64,000 bases of DNA from Syntrophales bacterium (GTDB lineage: Bacteria; Desulfobacterota; Syntrophia; Syntrophales; UBA2185): positions 11,639-75,638 of the forward strand of contig JBEKXK010000002.1 of NCBI GenBank assembly GCA_049512055.1. The letters run 5' to 3'. A program made the position numbers and the translations under genes. The stretch's first letter is position 1; each line of letters opens with the position of its first letter. Of this stretch, positions 36,852 through 46,147 are shown piece after piece. Below the pieces are notes generated by a model. The model did no database searches, was not told where the DNA came from, and was given only the letters and a program-made list of their open reading frames with translations.

Positions 36852-38207
36852 ATGAAGAACAAACTGTCTAACGATGAGTTGCTGCTTAAGCTCAAGGAAC
36901 TCGAAAAAATAACCTCCGACCAGAGGCGGTTGGAAGAAGTTTATCGCTCGGTAGTGGAGTCTACGAGCGATTCTATATATATGGTGGATAGAGAATGCCG
37001 ATATCTCTTCATGAACAATCAGCACTTGTCCAGGCTCGGCTTGCCGGCTGAACAGATCATAGGCAAACGCTACAGCGAGTTTCACTCTCCGGAGCAGGAC
37101 AAGGTATTTGCAGAGGCGGTTAACAAGGTATTTTCAACTGACGAGTCCATCCAGCACGAGCACAGGAGTCAGAGGGACAAGAGATATTTCCTCCGGACAT
37201 TCAGCCCGGTAAGAGATCGCGGCCCGAATGGAGAGATAGCATGCGTGGTCATCATTTCCACAGACATAACGGAGCACAAGCTGGCTGAAGAGGCAATCAG
37301 GGAAAGCGAGCAGAAATACAGGACTATTATTGAAAACATTGAAGACGGCTATCATGAGCTTGATTTTTCCGGTAATATCGTTTTTTTTAATGACGCCATA
37401 TTAAAGATGCTGGGATATTCCCGGGATGAATTTGCCAGAATGAATTACCGCAATCTCACTGATGAGGAAACGGCCCAGCAGATGTTACAGATCTGCGACG
37501 AAGTTTACAAAACGGGAAAACCGTCCAGAGGCATTGAGATAGAGGTAATGAAGAAAGACGGCACCATGAGGGTGGTTGAGTTGTCCGTATCGCTGATCCT
37601 GGATGCAAAAGGTCAGGAAGTGGGGTTCCGAAATCTCATTCGGGATGTAACTGAACGCAAGAAGTCAGAAGAAACCATCAGACGATTAGCTTATCATGAC
37701 CCCCTTACAGGCTTACCCAATCGTCTCTTGTTCACAGACCGTCTCAACATGGCAATAACCAGGGCCAAACGCAATAAGCAATACCTCGCCGTGATGATGC
37801 TTGACCTTGATTACTTTAAGGACATCAATGACACACTGGGCCATCACATGGGAGACAGGCTGTTACAGGCCGTGGGCTCCCGTCTGACGGAACTCTTGCG
37901 TAAAGGTGACACCATCGCCCGCATGGGTGGTGATGAGTTTTTGATTCTACTGCCGGAAATCATTAATGTGGGAGTTACCACAACTATAGCGCAGAAAATC
38001 GTCGAATCCTTTCAGAGCCCTTTTATAATTGATGACCGTAAACTTTGTATTACGACAAGCATCGGAATTGCAATTTACCCGGACGTTTCGGATGACGTAG
38101 AGACCCTGATCAAGCACGCGGATATTGCAATGTATCGCGCTAAAGCATCGGGCCGGAACAACTATCAATTGTTTGTACCGGAAATGACCGTTAAGACCTC
38201 GTCATAG
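36852..38207 (+). CDS. PAS-PAS-GGDEF diguanylate cyclase
   Basis: 451 aa. Two PAS-like segments (each ending in ...DITEHK / ...DVTERK) and a GGDEF domain with the active site RMGGDEF. Confidence 0.9.
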   Translation: MKNKLSNDELLLKLKELEKITSDQRRLEEVYRSVVESTSDSIYMVDRECRYLFMNNQHLSRLGLPAEQIIGKRYSEFHSPEQDKVFAEAVNKVFSTDESIQHEHRSQRDKRYFLRTFSPVRDRGPNGEIACVVIISTDITEHKLAEEAIRESEQKYRTIIENIEDGYHELDFSGNIVFFNDAILKMLGYSRDEFARMNYRNLTDEETAQQMLQICDEVYKTGKPSRGIEIEVMKKDGTMRVVELSVSLILDAKGQEVGFRNLIRDVTERKKSEETIRRLAYHDPLTGLPNRLLFTDRLNMAITRAKRNKQYLAVMMLDLDYFKDINDTLGHHMGDRLLQAVGSRLTELLRKGDTIARMGGDEFLILLPEIINVGVTTTIAQKIVESFQSPFIIDDRKLCITTSIGIAIYPDVSDDVETLIKHADIAMYRAKASGRNNYQLFVPEMTVKTSS

Positions 38208-38357
38208 CTCTTAGTTATTTTCCGACCATCCTGTAAGAACATCCTTCCGCAGGAAGAAAGATTCTTTAGTTGACTCCTAAAAGTAATTCTTCCCTTAAGC
38301 GAAAGGCCTGGTTTTTCGGGTGAGTCTCTCGCCGCCGTCGATGCGAAAGAGTAAGAA

Positions 38358-38966
38358 ATGAAATCACTCCGTAACAAAACCGACAAGGTCATACATCTTC
38401 CGGAACCTGCATCTGACGGAGGAATATCAGTAGAGGCAGCCCTGGCAAAGCGTGAGTCGGTACGTCATTTCGCATCTGTACCACTGACGCTTTCTCAAAT
38501 TTCTCAGATTTTTTGGGCGGCACAGGGAATCACCCGCGATTGGGGGGGAAGGACTGCCCCTTCTGCCGGGGCGCTTTATCCTCTGGAATTATATTTGGCT
38601 TTACGCGACGGCTTCTTTCACTATATCCCCCGCGGCCACCAGTTAGTGCATGTTTCCGACCATGATTTTATCGGCGATCTGGCATCAGTTGCCCTCGGTC
38701 AGCAGTGCATAGGGGAATCATCTGCCGTTGTCGTGATTGCAGCTGTCTACGAGAGAATAGAACAAAGATATGGAAGACGGGGCGAGCGCTACGTAAAAGT
38801 TGAGGCAGGACACGCGGCACAGAATATCCTCCTCCAAGCAGTGTCGCAGGGGATTGGGGCTGTGCCCGTCGGCGCCTTTCATGATGACGATGTGAGAAAG
38901 GTCCTGAGCCTCCCTGCGGATCATGAACCGCTGTATCTGATCCCTCTGGGGCACATAAGGAAATGA
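38358..38966 (+). CDS. SagB/ThcOx-type nitroreductase-fold dehydrogenase
   Basis: 202 aa. RESVRHF, RTAPSAGALYPLELY and a GHAAQNILLQA pattern are typical of the SagB-type subfamily. Confidence 0.8.
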   Translation: MKSLRNKTDKVIHLPEPASDGGISVEAALAKRESVRHFASVPLTLSQISQIFWAAQGITRDWGGRTAPSAGALYPLELYLALRDGFFHYIPRGHQLVHVSDHDFIGDLASVALGQQCIGESSAVVVIAAVYERIEQRYGRRGERYVKVEAGHAAQNILLQAVSQGIGAVPVGAFHDDDVRKVLSLPADHEPLYLIPLGHIRK

Positions 38967-39007
38967 CAGGGCACAGGAGAAGGAACAACTTTTAAGGAGC
39001 ACGGGAA

Positions 39008-39877
39008 ATGCCACTGAAGGTGGATGCAATAGGCAAGAAGATTGGACCTCTCACAAAAGATTATACCTGGAAAGATGTAATTCTATATGCCTTGGGTATT
39101 GGGTCCGGTTTTCATGAGATTGACTACACGTACGAAAAAAGACTCAAGGTAATTCCCACCTTTTCTATTGCCATGATATTCGATTTCTTCCGGGAAGTGG
39201 CGGCTGCCTCAGATATTAATATTGCCGGCGTCCTCCACGTCGGGCAGGATATTATTTTTCACAAACCTATCCCGTCTTCAGGAACCATGACGACGGAAGG
39301 GATGATCACCAATTACTATGACAAGGGGACAAAAGGGGCACTTGTCGTAGCCCAAAGCGAGACCTATCATGCCGCCGGGGAAAAACTTTTCACGAGCATC
39401 ATTACGCTGTTTGGCAGACTCGATGGAGGCTTCGGCGGCAAGAATGCACCGCATGAGATCCTGGATCTTCCGGACAGAGAGCCGGACTTCATTGTAGATG
39501 ATACGTCGTCGCCGGATCAGCCGCTCTTATATAGACTCTCCGGTGACATATTCGGGCTTCACGTAGACGCTGAATTCGCGAAAATGGTCGGTTTCGAAAA
39601 ACCGATTATGCACGGCCTCTGCACATACGGTTTCGCTTGTCGCGCCCTGATGGCAAGCCTCACGCCAGGCAAACCGGAAAATGTCCGTCGTCTTGCCTGC
39701 CGTTTCTTGCAAGCTCTCTATCCCGGTGAGCCCATCAAGACTTTGGTCTGGAGAACTAAAGAAGGCATGGCAGTCTGGCGGACGATAAATGCCATGACCG
39801 GAGATGTCGTAATCGACAGGGGCGTATTTGAATATGGTGAAATCCCCTCGGCAGGAGAGAGGGCGCGGGAACACTAG
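39008..39877 (+). CDS. double hot-dog MaoC-like (R)-specific enoyl-CoA hydratase/dehydratase
   Basis: 289 aa. The N-terminal pseudo-MaoC half and the C-terminal MaoC half (LYRLSGDIFGLHVDAEFAKMVGFEKPIMHGL) resemble the hydratase 2 domain of multifunctional enzyme 2. Confidence 0.85.
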   Translation: MPLKVDAIGKKIGPLTKDYTWKDVILYALGIGSGFHEIDYTYEKRLKVIPTFSIAMIFDFFREVAAASDINIAGVLHVGQDIIFHKPIPSSGTMTTEGMITNYYDKGTKGALVVAQSETYHAAGEKLFTSIITLFGRLDGGFGGKNAPHEILDLPDREPDFIVDDTSSPDQPLLYRLSGDIFGLHVDAEFAKMVGFEKPIMHGLCTYGFACRALMASLTPGKPENVRRLACRFLQALYPGEPIKTLVWRTKEGMAVWRTINAMTGDVVIDRGVFEYGEIPSAGERAREH

Positions 39878-39880
39878 CAT

Positions 39881-40282
39881 ATGACTTATTTAACAGGGGA
39901 TAATACCCCGACCTCCGGGACAAAGGAGGAAAGGCCGGCCGTGGAGGCCGAGACAGGAGGACTTTCGATGGTAAAAGCTATTTTTGAAAAAATGCCCAGT
40001 GTCTTCGATGCCGATGCAGCACAAGGTGTGGATGTTGTATTCCAGTTCAGCATATCGGGGGAGGGAGGAGGTGACTGGTACGCAGAGGTTAAAGGGGGGG
40101 CGTGCAAGGTGGAGGCCGGTGTACATCCAAGTCCAACCTCCACCATAAAGATGGATGCGGCAGATTTTGTCGATATGATAAACGGGAAATTACCCGCTAT
40201 GCAGGCCTTCACATCCGGCAAGCTCAAAATCGGCGGAGACATTATGAAGTCACAGCTCATTATGAGGCTGTTCAAGTTTTGA
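39881..40282 (+). CDS. SCP2 (sterol-carrier-protein-2-like) domain protein
   Basis: The C-terminal pattern ...MDAADFVDMINGKLPAMQAFTSGKLKIGGDIMKSQLIMRLF is the classic SCP2 signature. The start may be the internal MVKAIF (39968). Confidence 0.8.
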   Translation: MTYLTGDNTPTSGTKEERPAVEAETGGLSMVKAIFEKMPSVFDADAAQGVDVVFQFSISGEGGGDWYAEVKGGACKVEAGVHPSPTSTIKMDAADFVDMINGKLPAMQAFTSGKLKIGGDIMKSQLIMRLFKF

Positions 40283-40513
40283 GATGATTAGCAGCAGTTT
40301 GCGGGGGATTAGTTCATTCCCCGGAAGGTTCATGGCGGCAGATGATGCACGCAAGAGATTAGAGATCGCCAATACCTGGAGGTATCCCTGCAAGAGCAAA
40401 TTTTTTCTCTTGCCGTTGTCGGAAGATATGACCACTGATACGTGGTAGGATGTCAAGGCCTGATCTGCTGATGGGTTACAACACAAAGACTAAATCCCGT
40501 GAGGTGAAAAAAG

Positions 40514-41695
40514 ATGCCTGGTCCCCTTTCTAATTTGAAAATTCTCGATTTTACAACCCTTCTCCCCGGTCCTTACGCTACAATGGTTCTGGCAGATATG
40601 GGAGCCGACGTCCTAAAAGTTGTCTCCGGGTCACGGCCTGATGTCGTCGCCTACATTCCGCCATTTGTTCCCGGTACAAAAATGTCCGCTGCCTTTGCCT
40701 ATCTTGGAAGGGGCAAACGCTGCATGACCCTCAATCTGAAGGACAGCCGGGCCACAAAAATCGTACACCAGTTGATTGCGGACTACGACATCCTGATTGA
40801 GCAATTTCGTCCCGGGGTTATGGCAAAGTTCTCTCTGGATTACCAGAGCTTGAAGAAAGTAAAACCCTCCCTCATCTATTGTTCGTTGACCGGCTATGGG
40901 CAGACTGGCCCTCTTCGCGACAGAGCGGGCCACGACATCAACTATCTGTCCCGCTCAGGTCTCATGTCCTATTCAGGGAAAGAGGAGACGGGACCGAGTC
41001 TGACAGGTATGCAGATCGCCGATGTTGCATCGGGTTCCAACAATGCAGTTATCGGAATCCTTGCCGCAGTCGTTCACCGCGACAGAACGGGCAATGGTCA
41101 GCACATCGATATTTCGATGACGGATGGCATGATAGCCTTCAATGCCATGTTCGGAGCCGGTTTTCTAGTGGATGGCCAGGACCTTGCACGCGAAAATACG
41201 CTTCTCAACGGCGGCTCTCTCTATGACTTCTATGAGACCAAGGACGGCCAATATATCAGTTTTGGCGGTCTCGAACCTCAATTCTTCGCTGCATTTTGTG
41301 AAACCATCAATATGCCGGAATTGATTCCCGGAGGCGTCCAACCGAAGGACGGCGTAAACATTAAAAAGCGGGTCAGGGAAATATTCAAGACCAAGACAAG
41401 GGACGAGTGGACGGAGCTGTTCAAAAAAGTTGACGCCTGTTGCGAACCAGTTCTCTCCCTCACGGAAGCCTTAAACGATCCTTATGCAATAGAACGGGGC
41501 ATGGTCGTCGAAGTTAATCTTCCTGACGGAAAAAAGGTGAGGCAACTCGCAAGTCCCATCAAGTTCTCCGAGACGATCCCGGAATACAACAACGCGGGCA
41601 CACCTCCCGGCATTCACACGAAGAAAGTTCTTCTTGAGCTGGGCTATAGAGAAGAAGAAATAGGAGCTTTCGAAAAAACAGGTCTATTTAGTTGA
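40514..41695 (+). CDS. family III CoA-transferase (CaiB/BaiF / alpha-methylacyl-CoA racemase family)
   Basis: 393 aa. LKILDFTTLLPGPYATMVLADMGADVLKV and GHDINY are typical family III motifs. Confidence 0.9.
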   Translation: MPGPLSNLKILDFTTLLPGPYATMVLADMGADVLKVVSGSRPDVVAYIPPFVPGTKMSAAFAYLGRGKRCMTLNLKDSRATKIVHQLIADYDILIEQFRPGVMAKFSLDYQSLKKVKPSLIYCSLTGYGQTGPLRDRAGHDINYLSRSGLMSYSGKEETGPSLTGMQIADVASGSNNAVIGILAAVVHRDRTGNGQHIDISMTDGMIAFNAMFGAGFLVDGQDLARENTLLNGGSLYDFYETKDGQYISFGGLEPQFFAAFCETINMPELIPGGVQPKDGVNIKKRVREIFKTKTRDEWTELFKKVDACCEPVLSLTEALNDPYAIERGMVVEVNLPDGKKVRQLASPIKFSETIPEYNNAGTPPGIHTKKVLLELGYREEEIGAFEKTGLFS

Positions 41696-42121
41696 CATCT
41701 GTCATTGCTATGTAGTGACTATCTGAGCCTCCGGATATGCATTGTCATTTCAGGTTTTGCTTGATGATAAAAGCAGGCCAGAACGATTCTGCCTTACCAC
41801 AGCGATACGGACAAAGTGCATGGAACACAAAAATATTCCCGGCACGGGCAATTATATCCGGTATCATCGCGCGGGACATATTTTGGGAAGAAAGGCGCCG
41901 GTTGGTTGTCTTGATCGCGTCCATTTCAAGTTGGTCTGAACGCCGTAAATCGCGCGCAGCTCAACCCAAAATATTTGACAGAATCGATAATCTGCTCATA
42001 TAGACTCCTTATGCCAGGCCTAACTGCTATTTTGCCCGGTTTTACCACAAGGGAGCTGTTCTCGACCCTCATTCTGAATGATTATCAAATAATACCATAT
42101 CTTAAGTACATGCCGACTTTC

Positions 42122-42165
42122 TGTCAATTTTTTTATTGACATAGAACGCTCTTTATGCTTATAGT
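42122..42165 (+). promoter_or_regulatory. hydrogenase promoter (TTGACA-18 nt-TATAGT) overlapped by a perfect palindrome TGTCAAT-N6-ATTGACA
   Basis: Palindrome at 42122..42141. The -35 TTGACA at 42136..42141 is the right arm of the palindrome. The -10 TATAGT is at 42160..42165. The site is about 105 nt upstream of the first hydrogenase gene. Confidence 0.45.
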
Positions 42166-42272
42166 CCCGCCATCTCAAAAAGCCCCCCATGTAACAAAGG
42201 GGCCATGTCAGATAGAAAGTTTCTTAAGCTCCAAAAAAATTTGATTTATTTGGAAAGGAGGCGTGGCAAACG

Positions 42273-44054
42273 ATGACGATGGTCAATATTAACATAAATG
42301 GCCAGAAAGTCAGTGCACCAGCAGGCAGTACCATTCTTAAGGCCGCAAAGCAGGCAGGCATTGACATCCCTACGCTCTGTGACCATCCTGCTTTGATTCC
42401 AGTCGGTGCTTGCCGAATATGCGTTGTGGAGGTTAAAGGACAGCGCACCCTGATCACGGCATGTACTTTCCCTATCTCTGAGGGAATGGAAATACAAACA
42501 GAATCACCAGAGGTAATTAAAGCGCGAAAATTAGTCCTTGATCTGCTATTTTCAGAAAGAAACCATGTTTGTCCGATCTGTGAGGCATCCGGAAACTGTG
42601 AATTACAGGATATGGGGTACCGCTACGGTCTTAATCACTGGACTTACCCGACATTCACAAAGCCCTTCCCCATAGACGCCACACATAAGTTCCTGTTCAT
42701 GGAACACAACCGCTGTATACTGTGTGGAAGATGTGAACGCGGATGCAGTGAAGTGGTGGCCAACCACACCCTCGGCCTGCGAAATCGCGGCAATCAATCC
42801 ATGATCCACTGCGACGCAAATATGCCTTGGGGTGAATCTACGTGCATCTCTTGCGGTACTTGCCTGCAGCTATGTCCAACCGGCGCCATATCCGATAAGC
42901 GAAGCGCCTTCATGGGCCGTGACATCCAGACGGAACAGACAAAAAGCACTTGCAGCCAGTGCAGTATCGGGTGCGGGATGGAAATCGTCACCCGCGGCGG
43001 CAATGTCCTTAAAATCAAGAGCGACTGGGACGCAGAAGTCAGCGGTGGGCGGCTGTGCGAATACGGCCGTTTCGATCCTCTTTACGATGTACGTAAGCGG
43101 ATAACCAGCCCCATGCTCCGGCACCGGGGCAAGCTCGAGCCGGTGAGCTGGGATGAAGCCCTGCAAGCTGTTACTGAGCGTGTCGGCAAGGCGAGTGCGA
43201 AGGATTTAGGGGTGCTTGCATCGACATACTCGACGAATGAGGCGCTTTATCTGCTTGCCAAGTTATTCCGCCAGGAACTGAAAGCAACCAATGTTGGCGT
43301 CCTCAACGACGTTGCCCCGAAACTGTCCGAAAAACCAGGCTCGCTTGCTGACATCACCATAGGCGACGTCATTCTGGTGGTCGGTTGTGATCCGCTTAAG
43401 GATCAGCCGGTTTCCTCTTTCTTTGTCAAGCGTTCCGTTGACAAGGGCGCGCGGCTCATAGTGGTGGACGGTAAAGACAACGGACTGGCGCCATTCGCCT
43501 ATATGAATCTCGGGATGGCTGACGTAGGCAAGGCTATTGAAATCGCGGAGCGTGCCTCACATCCTGTCGTGCTGTTTGGATCGGGCGTCACGGACAAGGC
43601 TGCCACAGCTCTGAAGAAACTACAGGGGAAGGCTTCCTTCGTGGCAATAGAGAATGGCGTCAATACGCGTGCAGCGGCGGCTTTAGGTCTGAATAACGGG
43701 TTTAAGCCGTCCGGCGTCAAGGTGCTCTTCACCTTAGTCGGTGAGCAAAAGATGGGTGAGGAGGATGTATCCAAGAATGTTGACAAGAAGGCGTTTGTCA
43801 TAGCGCAAGCCAGCTTCGTATCTCCTCTGACCGAGCGGGCCGATGTGGTTCTGCCTATGGCCGTATGGTCAGAAAGGTCTGGAAGCCTGACGAATACCGA
43901 GGGCCGCGTGCTGAAAGTCAATAAAGCAACAGAACCTAAGGGAGAAGCCAAACCTGACTGGGAGGTTCTCTCTTTGCTGGCAAACAAACTGGGAAAGAAG
44001 CTTGGCACTTCGTTGAGTGAGATTTCAGCTCGGGCAACCCAGGAAATCAAGTGA
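42273..44054 (+). CDS. HoxU/NuoG-like iron-sulfur subunit with FdhA-like (cofactor-less?) molybdopterin-oxidoreductase-fold extension
   Basis: 593 aa. N-terminal [2Fe-2S] ferredoxin fold (CDHPALIPVGACRICVV), NuoG-type His/Cys cluster (HVCPICEASGNCELQ), and 2x[4Fe-4S] (CILCGRCERGC, CISCGTCLQLCP). These are followed by a 4Fe-4S Mo/W-bis-PGD-type entry motif (CSQCSIGCGM) and ~350 aa of molybdopterin-fold sequence that stops well short of a full FdhA. Confidence 0.8.
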   Translation: MTMVNININGQKVSAPAGSTILKAAKQAGIDIPTLCDHPALIPVGACRICVVEVKGQRTLITACTFPISEGMEIQTESPEVIKARKLVLDLLFSERNHVCPICEASGNCELQDMGYRYGLNHWTYPTFTKPFPIDATHKFLFMEHNRCILCGRCERGCSEVVANHTLGLRNRGNQSMIHCDANMPWGESTCISCGTCLQLCPTGAISDKRSAFMGRDIQTEQTKSTCSQCSIGCGMEIVTRGGNVLKIKSDWDAEVSGGRLCEYGRFDPLYDVRKRITSPMLRHRGKLEPVSWDEALQAVTERVGKASAKDLGVLASTYSTNEALYLLAKLFRQELKATNVGVLNDVAPKLSEKPGSLADITIGDVILVVGCDPLKDQPVSSFFVKRSVDKGARLIVVDGKDNGLAPFAYMNLGMADVGKAIEIAERASHPVVLFGSGVTDKAATALKKLQGKASFVAIENGVNTRAAAALGLNNGFKPSGVKVLFTLVGEQKMGEEDVSKNVDKKAFVIAQASFVSPLTERADVVLPMAVWSERSGSLTNTEGRVLKVNKATEPKGEAKPDWEVLSLLANKLGKKLGTSLSEISARATQEIK

Positions 44055-44068
44055 AAGGAGAATCGACA

Positions 44069-44614
44069 ATGGCAAAAGTTAAGATTGCCACTGACTGGCT
44101 GGCTGGCTGTGCAGGATGTCACATGTCGGTATTGGACATTGATGAACGCATTGTGAAGCTGTTAGAAGCGGTGGAAATTACATCCAGTCCTGTGACGGAC
44201 CTGAAACATCCGCCGAAAGAAGGTGTGACTGTTGGAATACTTGAAGGAGCAATCTGCAATACGCATAATGTGGAAGTAGCGAAGGTCATGCGCGAACGCT
44301 GCCAGATTCTGATAGCCCTCGGGGATTGTGCTACTTTTGGAAATGTCCCCGCTATGCGCAATTTGTGCGGCACGGACGAGGCCTTGAAACGCGCGTATCT
44401 GGATACGGAAAGCGTCGTGGACGGACTCATTCCTGACTCCCCGGAGCTGGGGAAGCCGCTTGACATGGTTACAGGCATTGATAAGGTGGTGAAGGTCGAT
44501 CTCTTTATACCTGGTTGCCCTCCGAGCGCGGATGCTATCTTCCATGCATTATCGGAACTGCTCGCCGGACACGTGCCAGTAAGTTTCCCACCCCCATTAT
44601 TCAAATATGATTAG
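44069..44614 (+). CDS. hoxY: [NiFe]-hydrogenase small subunit, HoxY-like (NuoB/20 kDa fold, proximal cluster only)
   Basis: Start at MAKVKIATDWLAGCAGCH, 8 nt after AAGGAG; the track start at 44051 is in frame. GDCATFG and IPGCPP complete the proximal cluster ligands. About 181 aa, so it lacks medial and distal cluster domains. Confidence 0.88.
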   Translation: MAKVKIATDWLAGCAGCHMSVLDIDERIVKLLEAVEITSSPVTDLKHPPKEGVTVGILEGAICNTHNVEVAKVMRERCQILIALGDCATFGNVPAMRNLCGTDEALKRAYLDTESVVDGLIPDSPELGKPLDMVTGIDKVVKVDLFIPGCPPSADAIFHALSELLAGHVPVSFPPPLFKYD

Positions 44615-44626
44615 AGGAGAGTAGCT

Positions 44627-46057
44627 ATGGGTGCTAGAAAGATAACTATTGAACCTATAACACGTATCGAAGGTCATGGGCGGATAACTATCCACCTGAA
44701 TGAAAAGGGCGAGGTGGACCAGACCTTCTTCCACGTTGATGAATTCCGCGGTTTGGAAAAATTCACCGAAGGTCGCCCATACTTTGAGATGCCGGCGATT
44801 ACCCAGCGCATCTGTGGTATCTGCCCGGTAAGCCACCACCTGGCCGCAGCCAAGGCCTGTGACGGCGTAGCCCGTGTAGAACTGCCGAGACCGGCCAAGT
44901 TGCTCCGCGAATTGATGCATATGGGCCAATATATACAGTCCCACGGCATGCACTTTTTCCACCTGGCGGCGCCTGATTTGGTTTTGGGTTTCGACGCTGA
45001 TCCGGCCATAAGGAATGTTGTCGGAATTATCCAGGCGAACCCGGAACTGGCGCTGAAGGCGGTGAACCTGCGTCGTTACGGACAGCAGGTCATCGAGAGA
45101 TTGGGTGGAAAGCGCATCCATCCGACTTTTGCCGTCCCAGGTGGGGTTAATGCGCCGCTATCGCCGAAAGACCGCGACGCTATCCTTGCTGAATTTGATA
45201 CCATGGTGGAGATTGCCAAGGTTGCCGTCAGCATCGGCAAGGGGTGGATAGGGGCCAACAAAGAATTGGTTGACGCCTTCGCGTCCTTCCCTTCCAACTA
45301 CATGGGTCTCGTGGATATGGAAGGCGGCCTGCAACTTTACGATGGAGAGATCCGGGTAAAGGATGCGCAGGGTAACTTTGTAGCACAGTTCAAGCCGGCC
45401 AATTACCTGTCACATGTGGGAGAGCATGTGGAGTCATGGTCATTCCTCAAGTTCCCCTTCTACCGCAAATTAGGCTGGCCGGATGGAACCTATCGAGTGG
45501 GCCCGCTGGGTAGAATGAACGTGGTGGACAAAATAGGAACGCCTCTTGCCAACGAAGAGCTCAAACTCTTCAAGCAGATAAACGGCGGCAAACCTGTTGA
45601 AGGTTCTCTCTATTACCACTATGCGAGATTGATCGAACTGGTATACGCGCTGGAGCGTCTGGCTCAGTTGCTGGATGATCCGGATATCATGTCCAACGAT
45701 ATCTGTGCCTATCCGTCTGGAGCCCAGATCCCCGGCCAGGGAGTTGGTGTCATCGAAGCCCCGCGAGGAACCCTCTTCCATGATTACAGTACAGATGAGA
45801 ACGGCAAATTGACCCGGGTAAACCTTATTGTAGCCACAGGTAACAATAACTGGGCCATGCATACAGCCTCGGGGCTCGTTGCAAGGGCTTTCGTAGATGG
45901 CAATAAGCTGACCGAGGGGATGTTGAACAGGGTAGAAGCAGCTATCCGCTGCTACGATCCCTGCCTGTCGTGTGCGACACATGCATTTGGGAAGATGCCG
46001 CTGGAAGTCACGCTCATAGCGGCGGACGGCACAGTCCTGGATCGCGTGTCCCGGTAA
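44627..46057 (+). CDS. hoxH: [NiFe]-hydrogenase large subunit, cytoplasmic group 3 (HoxH-like)
   Basis: 476 aa. ITRIEGHG, N-terminal Ni-Fe ligands RICGICPVSH, and C-terminal DPCLSCATH followed by a 24-aa extension that a maturation protease would remove. Confidence 0.92.
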   Translation: MGARKITIEPITRIEGHGRITIHLNEKGEVDQTFFHVDEFRGLEKFTEGRPYFEMPAITQRICGICPVSHHLAAAKACDGVARVELPRPAKLLRELMHMGQYIQSHGMHFFHLAAPDLVLGFDADPAIRNVVGIIQANPELALKAVNLRRYGQQVIERLGGKRIHPTFAVPGGVNAPLSPKDRDAILAEFDTMVEIAKVAVSIGKGWIGANKELVDAFASFPSNYMGLVDMEGGLQLYDGEIRVKDAQGNFVAQFKPANYLSHVGEHVESWSFLKFPFYRKLGWPDGTYRVGPLGRMNVVDKIGTPLANEELKLFKQINGGKPVEGSLYYHYARLIELVYALERLAQLLDDPDIMSNDICAYPSGAQIPGQGVGVIEAPRGTLFHDYSTDENGKLTRVNLIVATGNNNWAMHTASGLVARAFVDGNKLTEGMLNRVEAAIRCYDPCLSCATHAFGKMPLEVTLIAADGTVLDRVSR

Positions 46058-46090
46058 TACAGAAATCTGATTCTCCACGAGTTTAACGCA

Positions 46091-46129
46091 AGCGGGTAAA
46101 CGCAGGTAGTTTACCCGCTTTAACTTTTT
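46091..46129 (+). terminator. strong hairpin plus T-rich tail between hoxH and the maturation protease gene
   Basis: AGCGGGTAAAC-gcaggta-GTTTACCCGCT (11-bp perfect stem, 46091..46119) followed by ttaacttttt. It could be a partial terminator, an attenuator or a processing site. Confidence 0.5.
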
Positions 46130-46147
46130 GGGCTTGCTGGGGACCTG

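Noticed and set aside
41745-41924. 59-aa minus-strand ORF (MDAIKTTNRRLSSQNMSRAMIPDIIARAGNIFVFHALCPYRCGKAESFWPAFIIKQNLK) whose tail faintly recalls the ..YDNA.AESFF..LK.E end of IS3-family transposases
   Set aside because: The resemblance is a handful of residues. There are no inverted repeats, no upstream transposase fragments and no SD, so it is not reportable as a mobile-element remnant without a database search.
42273-44054. Possibility that the 593-aa protein is a formate dehydrogenase alpha subunit (perhaps a selenoprotein)
   Set aside because: The ORF ends after roughly half of a molybdopterin-oxidoreductase fold. There is no in-frame UGA, and no downstream continuation in any frame because the hoxY-like gene follows immediately. 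The N-terminus is HoxU/NuoG-like, and the genomic context is hydrogenase.
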